DNA from: a virus
Length of the DNA stretch: 64,000 bases
IMG/VR virus record: IMGVR_UViG_3300046501_000233
Coordinates: 32,001-96,000 of that record
Reading direction: 5' to 3' (one strand)
A program made the position numbers and the translations under genes. The notes below the pieces were generated by a model. That model saw only the letters and a program-made list of their open reading frames with translations. It was not told the origin of the DNA and searched no databases. This document shows positions 63,317 to 64,000 of this stretch, in pieces. How positions within the stretch are numbered: position 1 is the first letter of the stretch; each line of letters begins with the position of its first letter.

Positions 63317-64000
63317 CGAAAAGTACATGGACGACGTCGACGCGATCGCCTCGATGCTCACCTACTGCCGACCGGCTGGAAGTAAGACCGAGCGGGAGTT
63401 CATCCGCCGGTTCATCCAGCCGACCGGAGCCAAGCCGGACCAGAACAGCAACTGGCTACTGACGATCGGCGACAACCCGAACGTGCTGTGGTCCAGCCAC
63501 ACCGACACGGTTCACAGCCGTCAGGGCCGGCAGCAGGTCGACATCGTCGAGAACAAGATGATCCGCCTGCCACGGCAGTCCAAGTCGAGCTGCCTCGGCG
63601 CGGACTGCACGGCTGGCGTCTGGATCATGCTTGAGATGATCAAGCACCAGGTGCCCGGCCTGTATGTCTTCCATGCTGCGGAAGAGATCGGCATGGTCGG
63701 CTCGAAGGCGTTGCTGAGGGATACGCCGGAAGTCCTCAACGGCATCCGGTTCGCGATTGCATTCGATCGACGCGGTAACGACTCGGTCATCACACACCAA
63801 TCCGGTGTCCGTGGATGCTCGAATGCCTTCGCCGACTCGATCGCAAAGCAGCTTCCGACTGGCTATTCCTGCGATCCGACCGGATCGTACACCGACACCC
63901 GCGTCTATTTCGACAAGGTGGATGAGTGCACCAACATCGGCGTCGGCTATCAGGGAGCGCATAGCCCCCACGAGCGGCAGGATATCGAGCATCTGGTTCG
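63306..64000 (+). CDS. M28/M20-family zinc peptidase, runs off right window edge
   Basis: Manual translation from ATG 63306 (not in ORF track): SSHTDTVH, LGADC.AG, AEEIG..GS, FDRRG, G.YTD, N..VGY..AH...E. Confidence 0.9.
   Translation, partial: MLPDEKYMDDVDAIASMLTYCRPAGSKTEREFIRRFIQPTGAKPDQNSNWLLTIGDNPNVLWSSHTDTVHSRQGRQQVDIVENKMIRLPRQSKSSCLGADCTAGVWIMLEMIKHQVPGLYVFHAAEEIGMVGSKALLRDTPEVLNGIRFAIAFDRRGNDSVITHQSGVRGCSNAFADSIAKQLPTGYSCDPTGSYTDTRVYFDKVDECTNIGVGYQGAHSPHERQDIEHLV

Noticed and set aside
1-64000. Prophage boundaries / integrase
   Set aside because: No integrase, att duplication or host housekeeping genes seen; lifestyle cannot be determined from this window

Overview
The window is a 64-kb piece of a GC-rich, contractile-tailed (myovirus-type) dsDNA phage. 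Several small ORFs resemble families I recall from Bradyrhizobium-like Alphaproteobacteria, so that is the inferred host. Positions 1-41.7 kb are transcribed leftward (- strand). In transcription order they hold small membrane/accessory genes, an SGNH esterase, a tRNA/ncRNA cluster (tRNA-Asn, atypical tRNA-Trp), thioredoxin, terS, an Ig-like/SGNH protein, terL, portal, scaffold, major capsid, Mu/P2-like neck, baseplate, fibre, sheath, tube, a frameshifted tail chaperone, tape measure, lysis genes, a T5 A1-like metallophosphoesterase and a dNMP kinase. A divergence zone at about 41.7-44.5 kb has palindromes, IHF-consensus sites, an AT-rich tract and an HNH-like gene. From 44.5 kb onward is a rightward early region of small hypothetical genes. 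The most unusual signal is non-coding. A ~650-nt multi-helix, pseudoknot-rich RNA candidate (44596-45244) lies directly behind the first early promoter. Also present are a tRNA-mimic with a 15-bp acceptor-like stem (46428-46532), a ~600-bp hairpin/repeat island (47210-47800), seven GGGAUG motifs in the scaffold-gene leader, structured RNAs interleaved with the tRNAs, and a phage-wide TTTGCA/TGCAAA operator-like motif at promoters. All structures were paired by eye and all family calls come from recalled motifs; no folding or database search was run.
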